Virus record (IMG/VR): IMGVR_UViG_3300025133_000028
Direction: 5' to 3' (one strand)
DNA length: 64,000 nucleotides
From: a virus
The number at the start of each line of letters is the position of its first letter. Within the stretch, counting starts at the first letter, position 1. The translations under genes were made by a program, and so were the position numbers. The notes under the pieces are model-generated. The model made no database searches. It saw only the letters and a list, made by a program, of their open reading frames with translations, and had not been told where the DNA came from. Positions 26,509 to 36,327 of the stretch are shown here, piece by piece.

Positions 26509-28063
26509 TAAACTCAAGCGTAGCACAATCCCAACAGGACATACCAAAAACGATTTTCAATGTTATGGTCCTCCTGCTCTTAAAGATGGTCAATTTGACG
26601 GTACTATGATTTGTGATATGGGTTGTTTTAAACAAGGAGAATGTGATTCAAATAAATACTATAATGCCGCAGTAGTTCAATCTAATGTTAACAAAGGGTG
26701 GTACACGTATTTTGAATATGGTCGTACAGGACAATCTTCTAAGCCACAATTTCAATTTATCGAATGTAGTTCAAAAGAAGAAGCACAAAGAGAGTATTGT
26801 AAGCAACTACATTCAAAAAATGATAAACGCGGTATGTGGGTTAATCATCCCATTCTTGGTCGTCAGTTACAACCTAAACCAAACAAGGATTGCTATCTAG
26901 TAAGACCACAAGCAACTAGAAGTACTGGTTTACCTAGTGCTAAGACTATTGTTGCAGAGTCAGAGGTAAAGGTTAAGACAACTTCAAGGAAAAATACTAT
27001 TAAATCCGCGATTGATACCCAAACAGCTAGTCTTTTGCGAGATTTGAATGTGGGAACGGTTAATTACACTCGTAGTAGTATGGCCGATAGTGCTTTACCT
27101 ACTATATCTGCTATTGCGGAAGCTAGGATGATTTGCGATGAAGCTACGAAGGTGGCTAACACCTTAACCGACGATTTTGAACACAACAAAGAACTTGTAA
27201 ATCTAACTAATATGTTGTATGGTCGTATTCCCAAAAAGAAAGACCGCAAAGATACTAATTGGGTATTGACACCGCAAAATATTGCTATGTGGCGACAAGA
27301 CCTAGACGCTTTCGAGTCTGCTAGTGGTGCCGCAATTGACATTGAAGAAATTACGGAATGTCCACTGTCTGCTATGAATTTACGCAAACTTAAGTACGTG
27401 CCTAAAAACTCAGAAAAAGGCGGGTTTATCTATGACTGGATGAAATCCGCAAGTAAAAATGTACACCGGCAATACGGTAGTCTTAAGATTAAAAATCTGT
27501 GGTATGTTGAGAGAGTTGGCGATATTGATAAGTTGGCTACGGCACAAAAAAGAATTGCTAACAATCCCGTACCTAAAAATGCAGAAAAACCACTGTTTCA
27601 ACCACGGAAAAGACTTGACACAATTGACAAAGAACTGTATACTAATAGTGGTACACATATGATGTTTCATGGTACTCGTTCTGTTAACGTGACGGGAATT
27701 CTAAGAGAAAGCCTACGAATGCCAAAAACTCTTTCTAATGTAGTTATTACAGGCAGTATGTTTGGTGACGGGCTATATTGGGCTGATGACTGGCGAAAAT
27801 CCGCAGGTTATACATCTTTGCGTAATAGTTATTGGTCAGGTGGTGATGGTCGTGTTAAAAACCGAAATGCTTTTATGTTTGTGTGTGATGTTGCGTTAGG
27901 TAGACCATGGATTGCTCCTAGTAGCGGTGCTTATAACGGACCACCAAAAGGTTATCATTCTATCTTTGGTAAATCAGGTCGCTCTGGTGTACAAAACAAT
28001 GAATTTATTACTTTTAATCTAGATACTCATAGACTTAGGTATCTTGTGGAGTTTGACGCATGA
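26501..28063 (+). CDS. WGR-domain poly(ADP-ribose) polymerase
   Basis: WGR-like NKYY...YGRTG...EEA; catalytic FHGT, GSMFGDGLYWAD...KSAGY, DVALG, NNEF, RLRYLVEF (H-Y-E triad intact). Confidence 0.9.
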   Translation: MANKLKRSTIPTGHTKNDFQCYGPPALKDGQFDGTMICDMGCFKQGECDSNKYYNAAVVQSNVNKGWYTYFEYGRTGQSSKPQFQFIECSSKEEAQREYCKQLHSKNDKRGMWVNHPILGRQLQPKPNKDCYLVRPQATRSTGLPSAKTIVAESEVKVKTTSRKNTIKSAIDTQTASLLRDLNVGTVNYTRSSMADSALPTISAIAEARMICDEATKVANTLTDDFEHNKELVNLTNMLYGRIPKKKDRKDTNWVLTPQNIAMWRQDLDAFESASGAAIDIEEITECPLSAMNLRKLKYVPKNSEKGGFIYDWMKSASKNVHRQYGSLKIKNLWYVERVGDIDKLATAQKRIANNPVPKNAEKPLFQPRKRLDTIDKELYTNSGTHMMFHGTRSVNVTGILRESLRMPKTLSNVVITGSMFGDGLYWADDWRKSAGYTSLRNSYWSGGDGRVKNRNAFMFVCDVALGRPWIAPSSGAYNGPPKGYHSIFGKSGRSGVQNNEFITFNLDTHRLRYLVEFDA

Positions 28064-28335
28064 TAAATAAAAGACCAGACGAATTTAAATCCCTAGCGGG
28101 TAAAGTAGACCACTTAGAATATTGTGCTAAATATGAAAACACAGAAGTAGGCGAACATTGGTCTGCTTTATCTCGTTTGTGCGGATATACTTATTGTATG
28201 GATGATGATTTTGTTAAAGCTTTAGAAGCAGAAGTTGATAGTCAAATCATGTTTTTACATTCAGACTGGGAATGGGTAGAAGAAGAAGAAACATATACTC
28301 GTAAAACCAAACGACTTAAACACTACGGAGAATAA
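28060..28335 (+). CDS. hypothetical protein
   Basis: ATGA overlap. Confidence 0.7.
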   Translation: MINKRPDEFKSLAGKVDHLEYCAKYENTEVGEHWSALSRLCGYTYCMDDDFVKALEAEVDSQIMFLHSDWEWVEEEETYTRKTKRLKHYGE

Positions 28336-28336
28336 T

Positions 28337-28552
28337 ATGAGTTTTTTCAAACCAAAAGGTATTCTGTTTGCTGTTTATATGAAAAGCGGTAACGTAATTA
28401 GATTTCGGGCTAATGATTTGGAATATATAAACGGTAAACAAACCGGCGGTAATCTAATCAAAGAAATGTCTTGGGCACATGTTTCAAACAAACTTAAATT
28501 ATCTACCATTGACGTAGACCAAATTGAAGCTATTGTAAGGGAATCAGAATGA
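28337..28552 (+). CDS. hypothetical protein
   Basis: SD GGAG. Confidence 0.65.
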   Translation: MSFFKPKGILFAVYMKSGNVIRFRANDLEYINGKQTGGNLIKEMSWAHVSNKLKLSTIDVDQIEAIVRESE

Positions 28553-29664
28553 AACTACCAACACTCTACAAACGCTCAAGCGTAGGTAAGTTACAGTCGT
28601 GGAATATATGGTGTGGTGATGGCTTTTTTGAAATAGATTGGGGACAAGTTGACGGTGCAAGACAACTTAAACTCAAAAATAACATCAAGGGAAAAAATAT
28701 TGGTAAAGCCAATGAGACCGATAGTCTAGAGCAAGCTGCATTTGAGGCAAGAAGCAAATGGAAAAAGCAAATTGATAAGGGGTATTCGGAAACTATCCCG
28801 GCAGAAGACGAGAAAAAGTTTTTGCCTATGCTTGCACAAAGATATGATAAACACGCAAAGAAAATTACTTTTCCTGCATACTGGCAACCCAAACTAGATG
28901 GTCTAAGGTGTACTGCTCATTTTGAGAACAATAAGGTTGTGCTTAAATCTAGACGTAATAAGGTGTTTTCTGTTTTACAACATATTGAAGAACATCTTTG
29001 GCCTCGTATGGATGAAAATATTGTTTTTGATGGAGAATTATATACTCATGGCGAAGATTTTCAAAAACTGGTATCTGCTATTAAACGTGATGAAAAATCG
29101 GATTTTAGTAACAAAATTCAATTACATGTTTATGACATTTACTTTAAAGACGAACCTGATATGAGTTTTGAACGAAGATGGCAAGAATTGTCATTGTTTT
29201 TCCCTGTTTTTGAATATAAAAATCCCACCAAACATAAAGTATGTCTAGTCCGTACCAAACCTGTAAATAATGTTCAACACGTTCTTAATGCTCAAGAACT
29301 CGCGTTAGCGTGGGGTTATGAGGGAATCATGCTTCGCAACTCTCACGGGACTTATGAAGTTGACCGTCGCTCATATAATTTGCAAAAAGTCAAAAAATTC
29401 CTTGACAAAGAGTACAAAATAGTCGATACTAAAGAAAACGAAAACATGAAAGGAACTTGTGTCTTTGTTTGTGTGACCGAAACCGGCACGCGATTTAAGG
29501 TTATGCCAGAAGGAAACCAACAACAACGCCAAGAATACTGGAAAAATTCCGATAAATACATTGGAAAACTCTTGACAGTTAAGTTTTTTGAGTATACAAC
29601 TAGTGAAAACCCCGTACCAAGATTTCCGATTGGAACCGGAATTAGAAATTCTTGGGATATGTAA
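28549..29664 (+). CDS. lig: ATP-dependent DNA ligase with WGR-like N-terminus
   Basis: PMLA, QPKLDGLRC, FDGELY, YEGIMLR, LQKVK, PRFP. Confidence 0.93.
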   Translation: MKLPTLYKRSSVGKLQSWNIWCGDGFFEIDWGQVDGARQLKLKNNIKGKNIGKANETDSLEQAAFEARSKWKKQIDKGYSETIPAEDEKKFLPMLAQRYDKHAKKITFPAYWQPKLDGLRCTAHFENNKVVLKSRRNKVFSVLQHIEEHLWPRMDENIVFDGELYTHGEDFQKLVSAIKRDEKSDFSNKIQLHVYDIYFKDEPDMSFERRWQELSLFFPVFEYKNPTKHKVCLVRTKPVNNVQHVLNAQELALAWGYEGIMLRNSHGTYEVDRRSYNLQKVKKFLDKEYKIVDTKENENMKGTCVFVCVTETGTRFKVMPEGNQQQRQEYWKNSDKYIGKLLTVKFFEYTTSENPVPRFPIGTGIRNSWDM

Positions 29665-29675
29665 GGAGAATCATA

Positions 29676-29849
29676 ATGCCCTGCCGTGAACCCTGTTTCT
29701 ATTGTGATGATTTACAAGTTGTTGATGAACCAGTATGCCATTTGTGTGAATGTAACGAACCTCACAGCAGTTGTGATGATAGTTACTATATTGTCATAGA
29801 ATGTCCAGTATGCCAAGAGGAGGATGAAAGGATAGATAATGCAAACTAA
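29676..29849 (+). CDS. small Cys-rich protein
   Basis: SD AAGGAG; several CxxC. Confidence 0.6.
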   Translation: MPCREPCFYCDDLQVVDEPVCHLCECNEPHSSCDDSYYIVIECPVCQEEDERIDNAN

Positions 29850-30375
29850 ATACCATATTGGAGATGCAACACGACCAATCATGGACAATGGGGGTAATCA
29901 CCTTATATTGCACGTTTGTAATGATTCGGGAGGATGGTCAAGTGGTTTCGTTATGGCTCTTAGTAAAAGATGGAAAGAGCCAGAATCAAGATATAAAACT
30001 TGGCATCTTAATAATGAAGAATTGTTTGGAGTGCAAAATAATCCATTTAAACTTGGTCGTGTTCAATACTTTAAAGTAGACCACCGTTTATGGGTAGGCA
30101 ACATGATTGCTCAATCAGACCCTGGTGGATTTGAAGATTTCCCGCCAATTCGGTATCAGTCTCTCGAAGAGTGTTTTATGCGAATTCGAGCGAATGCGGT
30201 GGAAGGTCTAGCAAACGATGCTATAATTACTTTTCATGGACCCCGATTTGGTTCGGCTTTAGCTGGAGGAAAATGGTCAAAAGTTATAGGGATTATGGAA
30301 CGAGTTTTTGAACACGTTGATATTGAATTCCATGTGTATGACCTAGAAGAAATAGAAGGAACAATCTATGAGTAA
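29839..30375 (+). CDS. macrodomain ADP-ribose hydrolase (TARG1/Poa1p-like)
   Basis: GDATRP, HVCNDSGGWSSGF, NMIAQ, PRFGSALAGGKW. Confidence 0.88.
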   Translation: MQTKYHIGDATRPIMDNGGNHLILHVCNDSGGWSSGFVMALSKRWKEPESRYKTWHLNNEELFGVQNNPFKLGRVQYFKVDHRLWVGNMIAQSDPGGFEDFPPIRYQSLEECFMRIRANAVEGLANDAIITFHGPRFGSALAGGKWSKVIGIMERVFEHVDIEFHVYDLEEIEGTIYE

Positions 30376-30393
30376 ATTACAGGAAATATTAAA

Positions 30394-31443
30394 ATGAACA
30401 AAATAAAAATTACTTACAGTAAAAACGTAAACAAATACTATATTAGTAACGACAAGGGAAGTTTATCACAATATCTTAGTAGAGATTTACAATGGAATCT
30501 TTCGTGTATCACCTGTTGGTATAAAACAAAAGGAGAAGCACAAAAGACCGTTGATAGATACTTGGAAAAATGGAAAAGTATTCAACACAATCGTCACGGT
30601 TATTACATAGTGATTGGTCGTCGTCAATGGGTGTCTAAAAACCTAAAAATAATTGATGACACCAATGGTAGTTCGCCAAAATGGTCAGGATATCATACCA
30701 CATATCAAGACGCTGTTGACACATATAACAAATACCTATTAAACACAAAGGAGAAAGAAATGCAAGACAACACAAATTCAGAATGGGAAGATGACGTTGA
30801 TGAAATCCTAGACACTTTTTGTGCTTTGGACCAGGTATTTACTGCTTATGACGTAAGTAAAGAGGTTCAGCGTGTAAGGAAAGATAATGATTTGTCTTTT
30901 GTTCGTCATGACACTATGAAAAACTATATTCATGCTCAAATGCTTGCTGAAAAAATGAGTGTACGTCAAGACGGTTTGTATGCTAGAGAACTACGCGATA
31001 GCGTCAATAGTATGCGACTACCTAGTAGAGCATGGGTGTACTCACCCGTTACGAATGATGCAGACGACACAGACGATACGAACGACAACACATGTGACAA
31101 CAACAACAGTAGTGGTTGTGCTACTGGTTGTGGTAATGTATGTAGGAAGCCTTCTACGGGAGTTAATTTCGACAAACGTGGTGGTGTATGTATCTCTAAT
31201 AAGCTACTATCACAAATTGGCGTACATGCTGGAGATATGGTGCGGATTTACGAAAATGGCGTTAATAGCTTTTTGGTAAGCAAAGACCCAATTACTGGAA
31301 CTCAACCACTTGCTACATACACAGCTACACATAGCGGTAATGTTCGTCCTCGCAAAAAGGTGATTGAACAATGTGGATTGTGTGGACAAAACCTAGTTGG
31401 TCAGATTAATGGTGGCAAACTTATTGTCGCTACAAAAGGATGA
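30394..31443 (+). CDS. fusion ORF with C-terminal AbrB/SpoVT-like domain; internal start at 30760
   Basis: FDKRGGVCISNKLLSQIGVHAGDMV; internal AAGGAG-ATG. Confidence 0.65.
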   Translation: MNKIKITYSKNVNKYYISNDKGSLSQYLSRDLQWNLSCITCWYKTKGEAQKTVDRYLEKWKSIQHNRHGYYIVIGRRQWVSKNLKIIDDTNGSSPKWSGYHTTYQDAVDTYNKYLLNTKEKEMQDNTNSEWEDDVDEILDTFCALDQVFTAYDVSKEVQRVRKDNDLSFVRHDTMKNYIHAQMLAEKMSVRQDGLYARELRDSVNSMRLPSRAWVYSPVTNDADDTDDTNDNTCDNNNSSGCATGCGNVCRKPSTGVNFDKRGGVCISNKLLSQIGVHAGDMVRIYENGVNSFLVSKDPITGTQPLATYTATHSGNVRPRKKVIEQCGLCGQNLVGQINGGKLIVATKG

Positions 31444-31925
31444 ATAATATGCTAATAATTATGAGGTCAATTCCCGGCGCGGGAAAATCAACTCTTGCCC
31501 AAAAAATAAAAGACAAACTAGAAAGTCCTCTGTGTTATATTTGCAGTACAGACGACTACTGGAAACGACCAGACGGTTTATACGACTTTAACTTCAAGCT
31601 ATTGGACACTGCTCACACATGGAATTTTATTCGTGTGTGCTACGAACTAAGATTAAATCACGATGTAATCGTCGATAATACTAACACGACTTGGAAAGAA
31701 TTTTCTAAGTATGTGATGTTTGCTAAAGAACACGGACACGAAGTCTTTCTAGCCGAACCCGAAACCGACTGGAAATTTGATGCTCAAAAATGTTTCGAGA
31801 AAAATACACACGGTGTTCCACTAGAATCAATTCAGAAAATGCTTGACAGGTGGGAAAATTCTGCTACAATTTGTAAAACTCATGATTTGCGGTATTTTGA
31901 TGTAAACTATAATTACAATTTTTAG
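31440..31925 (+). CDS. P-loop polynucleotide kinase (AAA_33/N4BP2-like)
   Basis: PGAGKST, STDDY, VIVDNTN, NTHGVP. Confidence 0.85.
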   Translation: MNNMLIIMRSIPGAGKSTLAQKIKDKLESPLCYICSTDDYWKRPDGLYDFNFKLLDTAHTWNFIRVCYELRLNHDVIVDNTNTTWKEFSKYVMFAKEHGHEVFLAEPETDWKFDAQKCFEKNTHGVPLESIQKMLDRWENSATICKTHDLRYFDVNYNYNF

Positions 31926-31934
31926 GAAAACAAG

Positions 31935-33035
31935 ATGCTAGAAGTACAAAAATGGTTGCGAGAATTCAACTGTCTTGACAGACTAAAAGACCAACTTGGT
32001 ATCAAGTCTACCGTACACGAAGACGGGCGGGTTATCTTGAACTACGGAATGATTGATAGTCCCAAGCGGCATAAAATTGTACGAGAATGCAGAGGCTTAG
32101 TTCTTGACAGTAAAGATGATTGGAACTTAGTAGCTCGGTCGTTTTTTCGGTTTTTTAATTTGAATGAAATACCGGAAGAAACTGACGAATTCGTATGGGA
32201 AAATTGTAATATCCAACATAAAGAAGATGGTTCTTTGTTGGTAGTCTATTACTATAAAGGCCAATGGCATGTTAACACTAGAGCAAGTTTTTCAACTGGT
32301 CAAGTCGGAGACAATCCGATTACATTCCGCGAACTTGCCTTAAAAGCTATTCCAGAAAGCTTTTGGAACAACGCCAATAAATCTAGCACTTACGTATTTG
32401 AATTGTGTTCATTGTATAACAAGATTGTACGTACATATCAAACACCTACTGTATTTCTTCTTACAGTATTTGATGGACTACATGAAATTGCTCCTAATTT
32501 TGTAGATAGTGAAGCTAGAATTACGGGTGTACAAAGACCACAAAGTCTACGTTTTGAAAATATCGAACAGGTTCAAGAATATCTCAACATAGAATCTAAT
32601 AAAGACAAAACATTTGAGGGAGTGGTATTAAGAGATATTAATAATCTGCGTATTAAATGTAAAAACCAAAATTATCTTTGTTTACACAGAATGAGTAATA
32701 ATGGGTCTCCGTGTAGTCCTAAAAATGTATTACCCTTTGTGCTTGCTGGCGAATTAGATGAATTGTTTTTGTTTTTCCCCGAAGTTAAAGAATACGCATT
32801 ACAAATTAAAGCCAAAGTTGATAAATGGCAACAAGAGATAGACGACTTATGGTATGTGTGGGGCGATATTGAAAATCAAAAAAAGTTTGCCCTTCGCGTT
32901 AAAGACCATCCGTTTTCTGGCTGTTTGTTTAAGGCTAGAAAAATGAGTACCAATCCTGTTGACGAATTTAAAAACAATCCTAACGCTATTTTAAAGAGAT
33001 TACTTAAAAGATATGAAAACAAATTATTTATATAA
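31935..33035 (+). CDS. T4 Rnl1-like RNA ligase
   Basis: ECRGLVL, ARSFFRFFN, KEDGSL, FEL, EGVVL, RIKCK. Confidence 0.88.
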   Translation: MLEVQKWLREFNCLDRLKDQLGIKSTVHEDGRVILNYGMIDSPKRHKIVRECRGLVLDSKDDWNLVARSFFRFFNLNEIPEETDEFVWENCNIQHKEDGSLLVVYYYKGQWHVNTRASFSTGQVGDNPITFRELALKAIPESFWNNANKSSTYVFELCSLYNKIVRTYQTPTVFLLTVFDGLHEIAPNFVDSEARITGVQRPQSLRFENIEQVQEYLNIESNKDKTFEGVVLRDINNLRIKCKNQNYLCLHRMSNNGSPCSPKNVLPFVLAGELDELFLFFPEVKEYALQIKAKVDKWQQEIDDLWYVWGDIENQKKFALRVKDHPFSGCLFKARKMSTNPVDEFKNNPNAILKRLLKRYENKLFI

Positions 33036-33071
33036 TGAGAATTGCCTTGATACAATGGCAAGAGTGGAAAC

Positions 33072-33812
33072 ATGACAATTAAACAACACTTCTTTTCTAT
33101 ATATTTATTCATAATGTTAATTCAGCCGTGTTTTGGTAAGATTCCTCACAATTTGGTTACAGAAGACCACTTTTCATATGTAGAAATTAATCACCTATAC
33201 GACGCTAACACGGGAAGGTTTTTGCTTGACCAAATTATTTTTTACGACTGGGTAATTGACGGTTATACACTAAATAAAACAACAGAAAAACAGGTAGTTC
33301 AAGCATGGATACTAATCAAAAACGCTAGATTCTTAAGTGTTAAAAAAGATGACGGTGTTATGGAAATTGTATTTCATCCACAAAACAGCCAATACTCTGA
33401 CGAATATAAAAAGCTAAACAAAGAATTTAAAGATAAACAAGAAAAGAAACACTTGACTAAAGTCAAGAAAGAATTGATTGAAAGATATGGTAAAATATTA
33501 GCAGAAGTAAAGTTTAAACGTATTAAAGACAAAAAACTATATTCTATTAAAATAGTTGATTATGTACCACCTTTTATTGGTAGTTCAATGGTTCCTACTA
33601 AAATAGGTAATAAATATATGTGTGTATTTCATCATGGTAAAGTTCTTAGACGTATTACATGTGACTCTTTCGTAGAAACATGGACAACAATTGACCCAGA
33701 AACGTTGAATAGAGACTTTTGGGGAAAAGACAACAGAAAAGGCTTAACTAAACCAGACAGAGGACTTATGTGGCTTCTAGAAGAACAAAAGAAAGCACAA
33801 AAACCTAATTAG
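33072..33812 (+). CDS. secreted hypothetical protein
   Basis: signal peptide; EINHLYD...LDQIIFYDW...ETWT..DPE. Confidence 0.7.
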   Translation: MTIKQHFFSIYLFIMLIQPCFGKIPHNLVTEDHFSYVEINHLYDANTGRFLLDQIIFYDWVIDGYTLNKTTEKQVVQAWILIKNARFLSVKKDDGVMEIVFHPQNSQYSDEYKKLNKEFKDKQEKKHLTKVKKELIERYGKILAEVKFKRIKDKKLYSIKIVDYVPPFIGSSMVPTKIGNKYMCVFHHGKVLRRITCDSFVETWTTIDPETLNRDFWGKDNRKGLTKPDRGLMWLLEEQKKAQKPN

Positions 33813-33942
33813 AAAAGGAGATTAGCTAGTGTATAGCGTCCCATAAAAGTTTGACAAAACTTAAACGACATATTGTCAAACATAACCTACCAGCAATGGA
33901 AAGAAAATGGGATAGAATTGTTGTTTGATAAAGGAGGGTCTG

Positions 33943-34525
33943 ATGAATCAATGGATTACTTCAGACAGTCACTTTCGGTCATCGTAATATATGCGGGCCA
34001 GAAGTTTCAGATTGGGATAGAGGATATAGAAACTTTGACAATATTGAAGAGATGAACAATACTCTTGTTAATAACATTAACAGTGTAGTTAAGAATAAAG
34101 ATGTTCTATGGCATCTTGGAGATTGGGCATTTGGTCCAAAATCTTTATTTCATACCTACAGAGAACGTATTAATTGTGAAGACATTCGTCTAATTTACGG
34201 AAATCATGACAAATATATTCGTAAAACACCAGAATTACGAGATATGTTTACCGCTTGTTATGATTATAAAGAAATTAGAATGGGTAAAACTCTAGTATGT
34301 ATGATGCATTACCCTTTGGGTAGTTGGAACGAAATTGGCCGTGGTAGTATTAACCTTTTCGGACATACCCATAATAGTTATTCTAGAACGATTGGTCGCC
34401 AAATGGACGTTGGTGTTGACCGTCACAACTTTTTTCCTCTAAATTTGGAAGATTTGGTTGACAAAATGAAAAAACAGGATATTGTCACAGTGGACCATCA
34501 CGATGACGAAACTTCTTATCACTAA
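33943..34525 (+). pseudogene. calcineurin-like metallophosphoesterase with +1 frameshift near 33973-33975
   Basis: SD AAGGAGG, MNQWITSDSHF in frame 1 continues as GHRNI...EEMNN...HLGDW...GNHD...GHTH...DVGVD in frame 2. Confidence 0.8.
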
Positions 34526-34536
34526 ACAGGAGAAAA

Positions 34537-34857
34537 ATGTATCCAAAATTTAACATTGCTTTGTTTCTAGGTAGTTTTGTACTAATTCTAGTTGGAATCT
34601 GTATGATTAACCTAAGTTCTGCACAAAGCGACGATTGTCCACCTAAAATCAGTGTTAAAGAGATTGACAAAATTGATTTTTGGGTTCCTCACGAATACGG
34701 CACTATTCACGTTGGACGACAAACAATTGGTAAACAGAATTACTTGATTTTCAGCTATAGATGCATTTGGAAAAAAGAAGATTCACAAAAAATTATTAAA
34801 ACAATGAAGGATATTGATATACCATGTCTAAAAAGAAAAATACATTACACAGATTAA
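34537..34857 (+). CDS. secreted or membrane hypothetical protein
   Basis: SD AGGAG, N-terminal TM segment. Confidence 0.65.
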   Translation: MYPKFNIALFLGSFVLILVGICMINLSSAQSDDCPPKISVKEIDKIDFWVPHEYGTIHVGRQTIGKQNYLIFSYRCIWKKEDSQKIIKTMKDIDIPCLKRKIHYTD

Positions 34858-35453
34858 AAGGCACTAAAATTTACCAAATAGGACCAATTGATAATGTAAA
34901 AGACGGAGGAGTAGAATGGCGAGAATATATGTCTGGTTTTTTGTGGTCTTTAGGTTGTGGTGTATTAAACCCATGTGATAAACCAACCACATACGCTGAT
35001 GAATCAGAAGAGACTCGCAAAACAATTCAACAACTAAAACAAGATGGAATTAATTATCAATCTTGGGAAGAAAACGAACACTACCCGTCTACAATAAAAG
35101 CTATAGACCAAAAAATAGTAGATATCATGAAGCCAATCGTAAACATCGATTTACGCATGGTAGATTCCGCAGACTTTATGGTTATGTACATCGATACCGA
35201 CACACATATGTGTGGCTCATATGGTGAACAAGCTATGGCGTGTCTACAACGCAAACCTGTTATCATCTATTGTAAACAAGGTAAGTATAGCGTACCTAAT
35301 TGGCTGTGGGGAATTTGCAAACCAGAAATGTTTTTCTCTTCGTGGGAAGAAGTAAAAGAATATCTAATACACATCAACCAAGATAACAATATTGACAGAT
35401 TAGGACGATGGCATTTCTTTGACCAGGAGAAAATATATGGCAACGCCAACTAA
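34824..35453 (+). CDS. nucleoside 2-deoxyribosyltransferase-like protein
   Basis: IYQIGPID, WRE, LNPC, DLRMVDSAD, GSYGE. Confidence 0.75.
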   Translation: MSKKKNTLHRLKGTKIYQIGPIDNVKDGGVEWREYMSGFLWSLGCGVLNPCDKPTTYADESEETRKTIQQLKQDGINYQSWEENEHYPSTIKAIDQKIVDIMKPIVNIDLRMVDSADFMVMYIDTDTHMCGSYGEQAMACLQRKPVIIYCKQGKYSVPNWLWGICKPEMFFSSWEEVKEYLIHINQDNNIDRLGRWHFFDQEKIYGNAN

Positions 35454-36327
35454 TTGGTATATTAGTAAATTTCCAGAATCTCTATATCAAATTAGTCCAT
35501 CAAATAAAGAATCTTACGTAAATCGAGTACTCAAAGGCAAAAAGATAATGTCTGAGAGTACTTGTTGTATTTGTGGACTAGCTAGAGATATTCAAAAGAC
35601 TTTACCTTTTACTATCGCTAGAATAGAACGTCTTGGTCAAATGTTTAAAGACTATGCTGTTATAGTATATGAAAATGATTCGGAAGACGGTACTGTTTTT
35701 TATCTCAACAGGTGGGCTAGTGAAAATCCGCGAGTATTTATTGAGTCAGAAGTCTTAAACAAACCAAAACACGGCAGTGTAGATACTCACGAACGCACTG
35801 TTGATATGGCCGAATGTAGAAACAAACTATTAAATATCGCATTAAAAACGGATTCTTTTATACAAAACAACGACCATAAATTTGACTACGTGTTTATGCT
35901 GGATATGGATTTAGAGGGTGGATATAGTTATGAGGGTATTTGTAATAGTATTGGCTGGAATGATTTTGATGGTATTGGCTCTAATGGCATTTTTTATAGA
36001 ATAGTAGAACACGAAGGCAAAGAAGTCAATCAAAGACTGTTTTATGATGCGTGGGCATTTAGGCGACTAGGACATGATAAACCACACGCACACGAAGAAA
36101 TTAACATACTCAGATACGAAAGAGGAGAAGAACCTTTTGAGGTTATATCTAATCATAACGGTATGACTATTTATAAGGCAGATTGTCTACGTATTCCTGG
36201 TCTTAAATACAAAGCTGGCGATTGTGACCACGTTACGCTTAATAAACAACTTAGAGAACACGGTAAGAAAATCTGTCTTAACCCATCACAAATAACTCTT
36301 TATAACAAACATGGATACGTAATATGA
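35437..36327 (+). CDS. GT-A fold glycosyltransferase (CAP59-like)
   Basis: ICGLARD, YENDSEDGT, MAECRN, MLDMDL, CDHV. Confidence 0.8.
   Translation: MATPTNWYISKFPESLYQISPSNKESYVNRVLKGKKIMSESTCCICGLARDIQKTLPFTIARIERLGQMFKDYAVIVYENDSEDGTVFYLNRWASENPRVFIESEVLNKPKHGSVDTHERTVDMAECRNKLLNIALKTDSFIQNNDHKFDYVFMLDMDLEGGYSYEGICNSIGWNDFDGIGSNGIFYRIVEHEGKEVNQRLFYDAWAFRRLGHDKPHAHEEINILRYERGEEPFEVISNHNGMTIYKADCLRIPGLKYKAGDCDHVTLNKQLREHGKKICLNPSQITLYNKHGYVI

Noticed and set aside
33873-34055. 60-aa ORF from the track
   Set aside because: It overlaps the true 5' end of the frameshifted phosphoesterase in another frame
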